From the NCBI RefSeq assembly GCF_006345805.1, contig NC_043007.1:41788001-41852000 (forward strand): DNA of 64,000 bases, given 5' to 3'. A model generated the notes under the pieces. That model was not told the origin of the DNA. It saw only the letters and a program-made list of their open reading frames with translations, and did not search any database. The stretch is from Octopus sinensis (lineage: Eukaryota). Position 1 is the stretch's first letter, and every line of letters begins with the position of its first letter. Positions 11,705 through 23,715 of this stretch are shown piece after piece. Both the position numbers and the translations under genes were made by a program.

Positions 11705-14700
11705 ATAATAATAATAATATGAGGGAATATTATTCCAAACTTACAGGGAAAAATTCAATTTAGAAATACTAAATCAAATTTCACAAAATATAATATATAT
11801 ATATATATATTAGAAAAAAACTTTTTATCAATTCAATAATGAAACACATGTCATTACTCTACCAAATATATACGTTTTATTTATTATTTTGCACATTACT
11901 TAATCATTGTTATATATTTTATCTTATATTTAATCTTTCTATAATATGTAATTTTTCTAAATGGTATTTAATTTTTCATTATTGAATTGATAAAAGGTGG
12001 TTTTTTACTAATTTATATATATGTATGTATATATATAATATATATATATATATATACATATATACCAGAGCAAAAGTAAAAGACATAAAGAGAACTCACC
12101 AAGACACATCCGTGCTCCCTGTCCAAATACTAGATTATAATAATAACGACATCCAGGTTCTTTTCTGATCCATCTGTGTGGGTCATATTTCTCTGGGTTT
12201 GAAAACATATTGGTGTCTCGGCTGATGCTGTAGAGACTGGCCTGTACCTTGGTCTGTCAGAATATAATAAAAGAGTAATTTGTTCAGTCATTTTCAGAGT
12301 TGTAAATCAGAGAAGATTTAAGTCATTACTGCTTACAATTTAGATCACTAAAATAACACTCAAAGGCATGCACATCTCAGCTTCTGATAGTATTTATCTG
12401 GTGTTGGGCAGAGCCTGCTTGTCATATTCCTTTCTAATATAGACATGTGTGAGGCACCCATGCTGGTGACACATCAGAGGCACCCATGTGGGTGATACAC
12501 AAAAGACACCCAGTACACTTTATGGAGTGGCTGGCATTTGGAAAGGCATCCAATCATAGAAACCAAGTCAAAACTGTATATGTATATGTATATATACAAT
12601 GAAAGAATGGAGAAACGAAAGAAGGAAGCGAAAAGAAATAATATGCAAAGAAATGAAAAGGAAAGAAATTAAAGGACAAAAAAGGAAGGAAAAGAAAAAT
12701 ATGGAAGAAATGAAAAAGTATAGAATACCATAATGCAATAATACAAATTCTTAACTCACCCCTGTCGGTACCTTGTAGCCACAGATGTTGACATCCTTTT
12801 GTAGGATACGACTGATGAAAAACACCACAGGATACACCCTGTAAATTAAAATCATAGAGTATAAGGTAAAGCATGGTATGTAAAACCAGGAACAGCTGAT
12901 AAATGCTGGGCCTTTCTATATTACAACAAACAAATTAGAATTGGTACAGTAAATAATCCAAGGAGACATACCAAGTTATTAGATGTTAATCATTGACTAG
13001 TATTGTTTTTTTTCCTTCAGTACATAAGGACATTATGGTAAGCTTCATTGCTCCCATTATTCTCTACATCAAATATATTAATGCTAATTCAACACTAAAC
13101 TAACACAGTTAGGATCCTCTCTAAAATATACAGGACATGAGCAATATGTATAAAGTGTACTCTGTTTTATAGAGGATGGTCTACAATATAAAGAGATAGG
13201 TGTTGAAATAGAGTACCAGCTACAATATGCAGAGAGGACAGTTAACAGTACAGGTAGCAACCTAAATAGTGAGGACCATCTAATATATTTAGAAAGGAGA
13301 GACCATAATATAGGGACTAGTTTATGATAGAGGAGACAATGTAGATTGTTAGAGGACCAGCTACAATGTAAAGTGGTTGGGTTTGGAAGGGAATCCAGCC
13401 ATAGAAACCATGCCAAATCAGACTGGAGTCTGGTGCAGCTCCCCAGTTTACCAGCTCCTGTCAAGCCATCCAACCCATGCCAGTATGGACAAAAGATGTT
13501 AAATGATGAGGATGATCACGATATATGTATCAAAATTATGTATATACATGATTCACAGGCAAATTACTGCAGTTTCCATCTGAAATTAAATATCTTACAG
13601 ACATGCTTTGAAAATTGACCTGGCAGCAGCTAGCAAGAACCCCCGATGTATTTGGGCCTTGTCAATGATGTCTACTTACAGTCACTTACCTAAAAGAAAT
13701 ATTTTAATTCTGATATGTAGGAAACAATGAATAATACATACAGTAATATTGCAAGTAATTACTTGCCCGAATAAAAATCCATTGAACACAATTGAAAGGA
13801 CATTTATAAGAAGCTTTATCTTGGATGAAAACTACAGTATCTTGCCTGTCAAGAGTTGTTATACATTAAGTGTGATACATACATGGCTATTTTAATTTAA
13901 TAATGTTTAACTTGCTTATAACAAATAATATTTGTATTTTGATAATGTCCAACAAGAAACAACTTCAAGTGTAGTTTTAAGCTATGGAAATGTAACTGGC
14001 AATCAATGGAAAGTGGATTTACACATAACCACACACACACACACATACACACACAGTGGCTATTATATATTTATAACATTAACTGATCCATAAGGTAATG
14101 AGTTCAAATACTGACCTGACTGCTTCTTTGAAACATGCTTTCACGAAAGGCAGCTGTTGTAGCATCTCTGCTGTGACAGTTTCACTGTCACCCACAACAT
14201 TTTGGATTTCTTTGTAGAGCTGTTCTTGGGCATCTGGGTTATTTGCCAGGCAATACAGGATCCATGACATGCTGGTTGATACCTGCAGTGTGTAACAGTG
14301 ACACTTAATACAATTCTATATTTGTGAGACAAGGAATTAATTTTATGTATACTATTTCTAGTTGGACTAGCATCCTCATCTTGATTGTTGATTTCATTAT
14401 ATTTTGTCTGCTGTTTGCTTCAGCCTTCCTTATGTGTCTTGTGCTGAGCTCAGTTGTTGTATAGCAATTTTAAATACAACAACTAAGTTCAACACAAGAC
14501 ACCTGAAGATGGCAGGAGCACACAACAGCCAAAACAAAATCAATCAAGTTGATAACATCAGTCCAACTAATATAAACAGTATAGATAGTGACACTTAAGT
14601 TCCTGCTGGAATATATTACTTATCAACCTTTTGCCTATCTTATGTATCATATATGATACACCAGACATATTTCCCTGGTGTCCATGCATCATATGTGATA

Positions 14701-15320
14701 TGCATTCCCAATGTTTTCAACTGCCAGAGCTTTATATTAATCAGAGTGTCTGAAACAAGGGCTAAGTAAAAGTCAGAAAACAAACAGAGTCATTCAGAAC
14801 CAACTTACAAAAATGCTTTGGGCAGGCAAAAGGTTAAAATTAGTATGAAAATCCTTCAATCATAGATCTGCTGACTCAACAACAAACAACAACAACACCT
14901 CCAGAAGAATGAAAGGCCAAATTGACCTTGGTGGGATTTGAAGCAAGAGAGGACTTAGTTATGTCAGTTTATAAACTGACATAACTAAGTCTGCTCTCTC
15001 TCTCTCTCTCTCTTTCTTTCTCACTCTATTTCTTTCTTGTAAGTTGCATATCCAACATGGTACTGAGTGCCATACTATAACAGGTAGAAGACTTACTCAC
15101 TGATTCAACAGATGCCATCAAAAGTTCTATAGCCATGTGGGTTGATTCTTTCATAGTGAGGAGTTTCTGAGACACAAGGTGGCTGAGTAGCTCGTTATTT
15201 GATTGGTTGTCTTCATCTGTTTCACTGCATAGCATAAGTTCTTGTGCCTTTTCCATTTTCTAAAGAGGTAGTAAAAAAGAGAAGAAAGATAATCATGAAT
15301 AATAATGCTAATAATAATGC

Positions 15321-15392
<72 letters not shown>

Positions 15393-15394
15393 TG

Positions 15395-15464
<70 letters not shown>

Positions 15465-15481
15465 TGATGATGATGATAATG

Positions 15482-15544
<63 letters not shown>

Positions 15545-18500
15545 CTGGAAACACTACTACAGATAGTACATGGATTTACCAAAGAAATAGATATGAAATT
15601 TGGATTAGAAAACTAGTTAAGAGTAGCAACATTACACTAGATAAAGCCAATGAAATAAGAGAATTAGACCAAAGCTAAACTTACAAATACTTAGGAATCC
15701 ATGAACTAAATATGATACAACACAGACAAATGAAAGAGAGAATAAAGAAAGAATACTACAGATGAGTTAGATCAATACTAAAAACAGAGCTCAATGCTAA
15801 AAACAAGATAATAGGTATTAACACTCTAGCTATCCCAGTTATATGTCACAGCTACAATATCCTTAACTGGACACTAAATGAACTAACCAAAATAGACAGG
15901 AAAACAAGAAAAATAATGATAGGATCTAGGATGGACCACCCAAAATCTGACATAGAAAGGCTATATATACAATGTATAGAAGGTGGTAGAGGCCTTATAC
16001 AGTTGGAAAACTATTATAAAATAATCACCATAGGACTGCAAAATTACCTACTTCAGAAGCAAGGAAAACTAATACAGGTAGCCACAAAACACAATCAAAA
16101 CAAAAAACTGTTTTCAGTGTTCAACTGGTACTTAATTTATCCACCCTGAAATAAAGAAAGGCAAAGCTGACTGCAGCAGAATTTGAACTCAGAATGTAGT
16201 GATGTGCAAAATACTGCTAAGCATTTCACCCAGCACGCTAATGATTCTACCAGCTCACCACCTTAATAATAATAATAAGAAGAAGAAGAAGAAATGTCCT
16301 TATGCAGTATCAGGCACTGGCTCTCATGGCTTCTGATTCCAACTGATTGGAAGTGTTATCATGTTACATGTCTTGTTGTAAAAGATGGGCTACAGCAAAT
16401 ATTCTGCACAATATTACAGATTTGCTTGTCACTTGCTTGATCTTAACCAGTTGAGCAACATCCCTTAGTGGTTGATGACTTGTGCATCTCTGATCATGAG
16501 CAGGGGCAGTCAGGAAGCATCATAGCCATATAATATATATATGTATATATTGAAGTAAGAATCAAAGTTAGGCAAATCAAGTTCACCTATACATTTATAT
16601 TTATTCAACCCTAGACCCAACATGCATGAATTTCTCCAAATTTATAACTTCATTTTATAATATGTGAGTTGATCTACATATGTATTTATTTTTTCAATAT
16701 ATTTTTAATGTATATATTTATATATTTAAATATTTTTATATGTATATTGTTAATGTATTGACTACTCTATATGTTTTTATATATCTAATATATACTTTTG
16801 ATGTGTTTGATATATTGAATATACTTTCGGAGAAAATCATGCACGTTGGGTCTAGGGCTGAATAAATATAAATGTATATGGGAACTTGATTTGCCTAACA
16901 TTGATTCTTACTTATACACTATTCTAACGCCTCAGGTTTAATATCCTGAGCAGTTCAAAGTGAAGTCTATGCATTGGAAGAAATATTTTTCTTTATAATC
17001 ATATATATATATATACACACGGATGGGGGTCAGAGGGAGTGAGTGTGTAAATATTAAACACTTGAAAATATTGAGGTATTTAATATGGTGAGAGGTTAAA
17101 GCAATCAAAATTTGGTGTAACAGACAAATGCATTAAAATATGAAATATATAACTGGAAAAATTTTAGTTGCTATAGCAATAACTCATCTAAAAATATATG
17201 CATGTGTAAACAAAAGGTTCTCAATAGACAATTCTAAAATTAAAATGTAGTGTGTATAGGGGCAGTGAGAAGGAGGTTACTTACTTTTTTAAGTAAAGAC
17301 GATCCTATGGAAACCAGCTGATCATTGTAATGCTCAAATTCTCGCCACCGTTTTGTTCGAAATATTTTATAGAGTGGCATACTGAACAAGAGGTAGTTGA
17401 GATGGCCGAGGAATCCTTGAAGGTTTTTCACAAAATCAATAGCAACTGAAGGTGGGTTTGCTTCCAGACAGCCCAATCTCTCATTGAACAGCATTATTCC
17501 AGCAGCTGTAGTAAGAAAATATATACTGTGTTGAAGAGATGACAATGATGATGATGGTAGAAGTGGTGGTGAAACAGTACTAATGATAATAAAATGAAAA
17601 TAAAAACATTTCCAATAATAATAATGATAATTGCAGTAGAGTGACTGTGTGAAAGGCACCAGAGGGCCAAATGGATATGTGATGAGTAAATAGCAGATTA
17701 AATCTACCACTGGAAACAGTTATGGTCTTTGAGACAGCCTTCAGTTTCCAAATACCAAAATTTACTCACAAGGCATTGATTGAACCCAAAGCTATAGCAG
17801 AGCACACTTCACCAAAGTGCTGTAAAGTGAGACCAAGCTTTACAACTTCATAGCCATGTCTGTAGAAGATCAGAGGGGAAGAATTTTCTAAAGTTTTGAA
17901 GAAGAGGATCAGTCCTTGGGATAAATATTCAGCTATGTTATATATGTAAGGGCTGCTAGTCCCAGAACATTTTGTTTCCCTTTCCTTTTTTAAAATTTTG
18001 ACACAAAACATTGGTTTTAGAAGAAAAAGGTATTGAATAAATTGTGTACTATCCATATATTTGTCAACTGTCATTATCATCATCAGCAGCAGCAGCATTT
18101 TAACATCCACTCTTCCATGCTTTCATGAGTTAGACAAAATTCATTGAGACAGATTTCTATGACTTCCAGGCACTAACCCTCACCTGTTTGCAAAGCAAGT
18201 TAATATTTCCCCATAGCCAGACTTTTTTCCACTGAAGATCGGAAATGGATCCATGATGTGAAAACAAAGAGGTACTAGTATGCACATGCATACACACACA
18301 CACACACGCACACACACACACACACATGTAGGTGCAGAAGTTTGATTTCCAACCATATGGTTTCAGGTTCAGTCCCACCACATGGCACTTTGACCAAGTG
18401 TCTTCTACTTAGTGTAAAACAGAAAATTTTCTGGAAGGGTTGGGGAAAGTCATCTTTGACAGATTAGCATCCTATCCCTGTGAAATTAATCTCACACTCA

Positions 18501-20351
18501 CTTAACCATACAAAAGCTGGAGTAAAGTGTAGCTGACGCTGTGGAGCTTTATGGAATAAAAAGAAAATAACTGATGTTGCTTTTGGTTTTTTCTTTCTAA
18601 TGATGAAAGCATATGGCCTAATGGTTAGGGTGTTGCACTCATGAATGCAAAGTTGAGATTTCGATTCCAGACTGGTTGATGTGTTGTGTTCTAGAGCAAA
18701 ACACTTCCATTCATGTTATTCCAGTCCTCTCAGCTGTAAAGGAGTGACCCTGCAATGAACTGACATCCCATCCAAGGACAATGCTGTTATCTCAGTCAAT
18801 TATACACCATAGAAACCTGGTAGCCAGCCCTATGAGACCTAGGACCTGAGACAATACTTACTTCTTTCTAATAATATAAAATACTCACTTTCCATTGACC
18901 ATCGGAAGAGTTCTTGCCGGAGATCTTCAGTTTCACCATTATTTTCATGTGTTAAACATCCCAGTCTGTGAACAAAGTCATTTGCTACGGCATTTTTGGA
19001 GGGAATGTGGCAAGTAATCATTTTAGGCACCAGCAGTTTCTTGCTCAGTATTTTTCGGTACCTATGCCAGACCTCGCTCTGCCTGAAATACATATGTAAT
19101 TGGTTCAGAATATTTAATATATATTAAATATATTAAATATATTGAATATATATTAACCCTTTAGCAATCAGATTACTCTATCAAATGTAATGCTTATTTA
19201 TTCTTGTTGTTTTGTTTCAATCATGCATTATCTTGTAACCCTGAGACTTTGATGATGTGATTATTTCTTTTCAGAATGATATTGTAGGGTAAGTATAAGG
19301 GGCCAGATCTGGCCAGTATAAACATAAAAGAAGTAGAATATTAGGGCCTGATATGGATGGTTTGAATGCTAAAGGGTTAAATAGATAGAACAGATATAGA
19401 AATATATATAGGTTTGATATATAATTATATAGAACATCAAATAAATATATATAGTACAAGGATATGAATATATAGAAATGGTATATTGATATGTATTGTG
19501 TGCAGCACATACATTTACTTATTATTTAAACATAATAGGTCATGCATTCAGTTGAGAAAAAAATTAAGGATTATGATAAAAGCAAATGTTGGTAATTTTG
19601 AATTGTAAATATATGTAAAATTATTTATATATATATCTTAATGCAATAGAAACAATTGTCAGTTTTATAAAGTGAAATGTATAATAAAGGTGTAATTTTC
19701 GCTATATATATTTTTTGCTATATATATATATATGCTCTCACAAATGTAAATTCATCTGTATATTCCTCTATCTCTCTCCCATTTTCTATTCATTTCACCC
19801 TTTCTATCCTCATAAGATATAGACTGTAACCAGAAGTATGCAGTAGGTATAAAGGGACATGAAGTAACCCACCCATGAGCAAAACCAGTGGCAAGGTTCA
19901 CTTCTCCAAGAGCTTCCCAAAACTCATTTCTACAGTATGCATTAGTGAGGCACCAAATCTGTGGCCACCGCTACCCAGTACCATCACCACCACCACCTCC
20001 AATCACCAACACTACCACCACTATAATCATCATCAATCAATATCATTAAGGTCATTATAACCGCCTTTATATTAAAGATGCTTCATGTGTATACTCACGA
20101 GTTAAATATACCAATTTCCAAACCCTTTTCCCTCCGGTAGTGAGCCAAAGGTTCCAATGGGGGTCTGATTGGTTGACGACCATCTGCACGGATAACATTC
20201 ATGTATTCTTCAGCATTTGAAATTGAGATGATTTCTTCTGGACCAAGAGTTTCTTTGATAATTTCACCATATTTCTCTGACCTTTTATGAAATATCTGAA
20301 AGAAAAAGATGGGCATGATGTTTAAGAAACAGTGAAGAGGTCTCATTTGAT

Positions 20352-20394
<43 letters not shown>

Positions 20395-21144
20395 ATGTAA
20401 ATCCTGTTCTGTGTATGTGTGTGTGTGTGGGTGTGTGTGTGTACGTAAAAGATTATAACGGCCGTATTTTTCAACCGATTTTCTCCAAATTGGGAACATA
20501 CATTACTTATGTTCCAGGGATGGTTTTAGACTCTTAAAATTTTTCACATAATGAGTAACGGGCCCCCTCGGGGCAGAAAACACCTGTTCCTGGGTTGCGT
20601 GGAGAAGGGAGGTATCTCTTTGCGAAGTAACTTTCAGAAATTGATTGCCTCCCTTACAGCCATTGGGCATAAAAAAAAATAAAATATATTGCTTTTTATA
20701 TTAGATTCACATCTTTGGAAGATTTTTAAAATATTTACTTCTGGTTTTCTAGCGTCAGTGATGTCTATATCTCTCTATCTATATCTCTCTATTCATCTCT
20801 ATCTCTATATCTATCTATCTCTCTGTATCTATCTGTCTATATCTTACATATCTATCCGCTCAGTTGAAGTCGACTCTCGGTTACTTGTTGGATCAGTGTC
20901 CTCCAGTCAGTTCTATCCTGGGCCGCTTCTTTCAGACTGGCTATGTCCATTCCAGTATCACTCTTGATGGTGTCAAGCCAGCAGGTTCTTGGTCGGCCTC
21001 TTCCTCTCTTGCCACTGACCATTCCGAGTATTGCTGTCTGTGGAGTTATATTGTAGTTTTAACTACAATTAGCAGTTTTTGACTGCTATTTCTAAATTTT
21101 CGGTATGTGGTGAAGCAACTTTTTGCTAAAACCTTAATTATAAC

Positions 21145-21178
<34 letters not shown>

Positions 21179-21390
21179 GAATAGTAATGGTAAGACAACA
21201 AAAGAATGAATGAGACCTCGATATTATCTAAATAGAGGAATTTATCCGTAAAATGATATGTGACAATTATTCAGTTGCTATAATAAAACTCCGAGTTACC
21301 ACTCCAAGATGCCGGAGCAGGTTTCTGTCCCAACATCCAAAATCCGGTGTCTTATTATGGCAACCAACTAATTGTCACATATTATATGAA

Positions 21391-21432
<42 letters not shown>

Positions 21433-21576
21433 TCTTTACTCTTTTACTTATTTCAATCATTTGACTGTAGCCATGGTGGAGCGCCGCCTTTAGTCGAGCA
21501 ATCGACTCTAGGACTTATCCTTTGGAAGCCTAGTACTTATTCTATCGGTTCTCTTTTGCCAAACCACTAAGTTACA

Positions 21577-21619
<43 letters not shown>

Positions 21620-21910
21620 AAAATAGTAAAGTGTGAAAAAACGACAGAAGGCTTAAATGTTAAAAAATATATATATTTGTGTCAAAATGTCTGGAGAATA
21701 TTGGAAAAATTTTTTTTCCTTTCCTTAAAATGACATAATTTAAAATAAATTATGTCATTTTAAGGAAAGGAAAAAAAATTTTTCCAATATTCTCCAGACA
21801 TTTTGACACAAATATATATATTTTTTAACATTTAAGCCTTCTGTCGTTTTTTCACACTTTACTATTTTCTTATATATTCACCCACGTGCTTTACCAAACA
21901 AACTTTCTTA

Positions 21911-21967
<57 letters not shown>

Positions 21968-22124
21968 GGTGCAGGAGTGGGTGTGTGGTAAGAAGCTTGC
22001 TTCCCAACTACATGGTTCCAAGTTCAGTCCCACTGCATGGCACCTTGGGCAAATGTCTTCTACAATAGCCTTGGGCCAACCAAAACCTTGTGAGTGGTAG
22101 ATGGAAACTGAAAAAAGCCTGTCG

Positions 22125-22158
<34 letters not shown>

Positions 22159-22728
22159 TAGAAATATACATCTGTAGGACAAAATGTCCAGCAAGGATAC
22201 TGATGTTGGGTGGGTGCTTGAATAAACCATGATAAAATCAATCTTACCTTAAATATTTCAGTGAAACACAGTTTGTATTTGTCTCGGTAATCTAGCAAGT
22301 TGCCAATAAATGGTAAGCCTGGAGCACCGGGAATTGCTTTGAATGGACAGAGTTGTTCGTGATCTGAGTCAGATGTTTCAATTAACTGGACATGGTTGAA
22401 GGGACATTTCTGTAATGAACAAGAAGAAATGTGTCAATAACATATATTTGATTTATCACAAGCATGTTTAGGGTTTTATTTTCCTAGTTTTTATTCAGGA
22501 GTCTAAGGAAAAGGATCAACACACACACACATACACACACATACTCTCTCACACACAGGCATACATGCAAATACACACATACCTATATGTTTGTCAGCCA
22601 TGTAGTTATATGGATAGCATTTATTTGGCTGTGCAGCACTTTGGGCAAGTGTCTTATACTATAACCCTGGGCCAAAAAAGCCTTGTGAGTAGATTTGGTT
22701 GGTGGAACTGAACAAAGCCCATCATGTA

Positions 22729-22779
<51 letters not shown>

Positions 22780-23715
22780 GTGTGTGCGTGTGTGTGTGTG
22801 TATGCATACACACATGCACATAAGTCTTCTTATCATGACATTGCACAATAGCTATAAAAGAATGTCATCATATCATCATCACACAAGTGTTACTCTTGTA
22901 AAGGTACATGACTTAATGGTTAGGTGTCAGACTCATGATAGTAAGATTGTGGTTTCAATTCCTGGACTGGACAATGTGGTCTGTTCTTGAGCAAAGCATT
23001 TCATTTCATGTTGCTCCAGTCCACACTGCTGGCAAAGATGAGTAACACTGTGATGGACTGGCATCCTTTCCAGGGTGGAATATTCAGTCATGGCCAAAAG
23101 TTTGGAACATAGGTCTGAAAATTTGAATTATATATTAAATGCCCAATGTTATATTAATTTGCAATATGTTATTACTTGGCCAAAAGTCTGAAACATAGGC
23201 CTGATAGTTAGAATTTTTATATTAAATGCCCAAATATATACATTGTATATATTTGAATCAAATTGTACTTGGACATAATAATTTTAATTTTTAAGAAAAA
23301 TGTTCCAAACTTTTGGCCATGACTGTATATGCCATAGAAACTGGGAAACCAGCTCTATGAGTCAATATAACTTAGAAAGGATCTTTATCATTTTATCTTT
23401 ATCTAAGTACTGTTTTTCATTTCTTATCTGCTATGAAACATTCATGAAGGAAATATCATTATGTTTGAAAAAAAAGTTAAGGTTGTTCACAGGAAGGATA
23501 TCTGACCCTACACAGTCTGCCTTCATGAATTTTGTCTGACCCATACAAGCAGGGGAATGTAAACACAAAAACAATGATGACAATAAAATAATGATGACAA
23601 CAGAAATCCCATACCTGTACATTATAGTGTCCCGATGAAGTTGTTACAGCTACAGGATGTGGAAGTAGTTTGCCAAAACCACTAGTTAGTTTGGGTATCC
23701 GAAGCACATTTGACA
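7702..23715 (-). CDS. Cytochrome P450, mitochondrial clan, CYP10-like; 11 visible exons, ~537 aa, 5'-most exon not found
   Basis: Exons (minus): 23715-23615, 22409-22248, 20295-20099, 19082-18889, 17505-17285, 15259-15101, 14282-14116, 12838-12760, 12253-12100, 10600-10557, 7836-7702. All introns are GT-AG with matching phases and there is no internal stop. Motifs: [21 protein letters not shown]-helix ASVES, EAVR (ExxR), YDPHRW, heme motif [13 protein letters not shown]10 assignment is from recalled similarity to Lymnaea CYP10 and needs BLAST/phylogeny. Confidence 0.93.
8300..8680. repeat. Fold-back inverted repeat (~150-bp arms) with a degenerate HHR in each arm
   Basis: Arms ~8300-8450 / 8530-8680; minus CTGAAGA 8433-8427...GAAAcacatgTA; plus CTGGAGA 8545...GAAAcacataTA. 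Confidence 0.75.
8870..9715 (+). mobile_element. Degenerate Tc1/mariner element in last CYP intron
   Basis: Translated remnants [32 protein letters not shown]; imperfect TIRs caggtgcaatggataaattgt / acaattcattcactacaccttg. Confidence 0.8.
10557..10600 (-). CDS. CYP 44-nt exon ([15 protein letters not shown])
   Basis: L helix following heme Cys; phases 1/0 fit. Confidence 0.92.
10650..11100. repeat. Degenerate (CAT/CAC/TAC)n low-complexity tract
   Basis: Trinucleotide tract giving spurious D/S/G-rich ORFs. Confidence 0.85.
11701..12010. repeat. AT-rich interspersed repeat (probable PLE terminal-repeat end) with internal inversion; relatives at 4075-4300, 57010-57125, 61250-61450
   Basis: Shared gagggaatattattccaaacttacagggaaaaattc and ttttatcaattcaa segments; GAAAcacatgTC half-HHR near 11842. 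Confidence 0.6.
12100..12253 (-). CDS. CYP exon with heme-binding Cys (TKVQ...FGQGARMCL)
   Basis: PxRW and FxxGxRxCxG motifs. Confidence 0.95.
12760..12838 (-). CDS. CYP exon ([26 protein letters not shown])
   Basis: Beta-1 region; ttacag / GGG|gtgagt. Confidence 0.93.
14116..14282 (-). CDS. CYP exon ([22 protein letters not shown]...KACFKEAVR)
   Basis: J/K helices, ExxR split by phase-2 intron. Confidence 0.94.
14952..14991. repeat. Perfect 40-bp palindrome, no spacer
   Basis: gacttagttatgtcagttta|taaactgacataactaagtc. Confidence 0.95.
15101..15259 (-). CDS. CYP exon (KMEKAQ...LLMASVES)
   Basis: I-helix N-half; tttag / TCA|gtgagt. Confidence 0.9.
15295..15545. repeat. (AAT/GAT)n microsatellite
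   Basis: Direct reading. Confidence 0.97.
15545..16120 (+). mobile_element. R4/Dong-like non-LTR retrotransposon RT C-terminal remnant
   Basis: [40 protein letters not shown]...GGRGL with stops. Confidence 0.75.
16553..16913. repeat. Inverted repeat, ~88-bp arms, ~185-bp spacer
   Basis: 16553-16640 is the reverse complement of 16825-16913 with several mismatches. Confidence 0.85.
17285..17505 (-). CDS. CYP exon ([13 protein letters not shown]...SLLKK)
   Basis: RLGCL motif typical of mito-clan P450; canonical splice sites. Confidence 0.93.
18889..19082 (-). CDS. CYP exon (QSEVWHRYR...ELFRWSME)
   Basis: WxxxR C-helix; canonical splice sites, phases 2/1. Confidence 0.93.
19157..19376. mobile_element. 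piggyBac-type MITE
   Basis: TTAA flanks (19153, 19377) and TIR ccctttagcaWtca. Confidence 0.85.
20099..20295 (-). CDS. CYP exon ([11 protein letters not shown]...GIFNS)
   Basis: In ORF 20095..20499; tttcag / TC|gtgagt. Confidence 0.93.
21611..21877. repeat. Essentially perfect palindrome, 132-bp arms, 3-nt loop
   Basis: Arms 21611-21742 / 21746-21877. Confidence 0.93.
21968..22125 (+). mobile_element. tRNA-derived SINE family A (copies also ~11245, 18335, 22625, 24012, 24605, 25240, 34723, 45175)
   Basis: A box tgtgtggtaag, B box gttcagtccc, body ending ggaaactgaaagaagcc + microsatellite. Confidence 0.85.
22248..22409 (-). CDS. CYP exon (KCPFNH...[21 protein letters not shown]...IFK)
   Basis: Pro-rich hinge; ttacag acceptor, aag|gtaag donor; 162 nt. 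Confidence 0.93.
23085..23325. mobile_element. Tc1-type MITE nested in a SINE
   Basis: 26-bp perfect TIR cagtcatggccaaaagtttggaacat; TA on right flank; interrupts SINE ~22905-23375. Confidence 0.88.
23615..23715 (-). CDS. CYP exon: N-terminal presequence-like segment ([20 protein letters not shown]...HYNVQ)
   Basis: ttaacag acceptor, cag|gtatgg donor, phase 0 join to next exon; basic/Ser/Thr-rich with no acidic residues. Confidence 0.72.

Noticed and set aside
12812-12830. CTGATGA...AAAAAC hammerhead-like words
   Set aside because: Antisense of a CYP coding exon, no flanking stems.
15151-15678. Poly-I/L/N ORFs
   Set aside because: (AAT)n microsatellite.
19545-19665. TTGAGAA ... GAAAcaattgTC possible long-stem hammerhead
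   Set aside because: Stem I halves do not pair; at most a 3' half.
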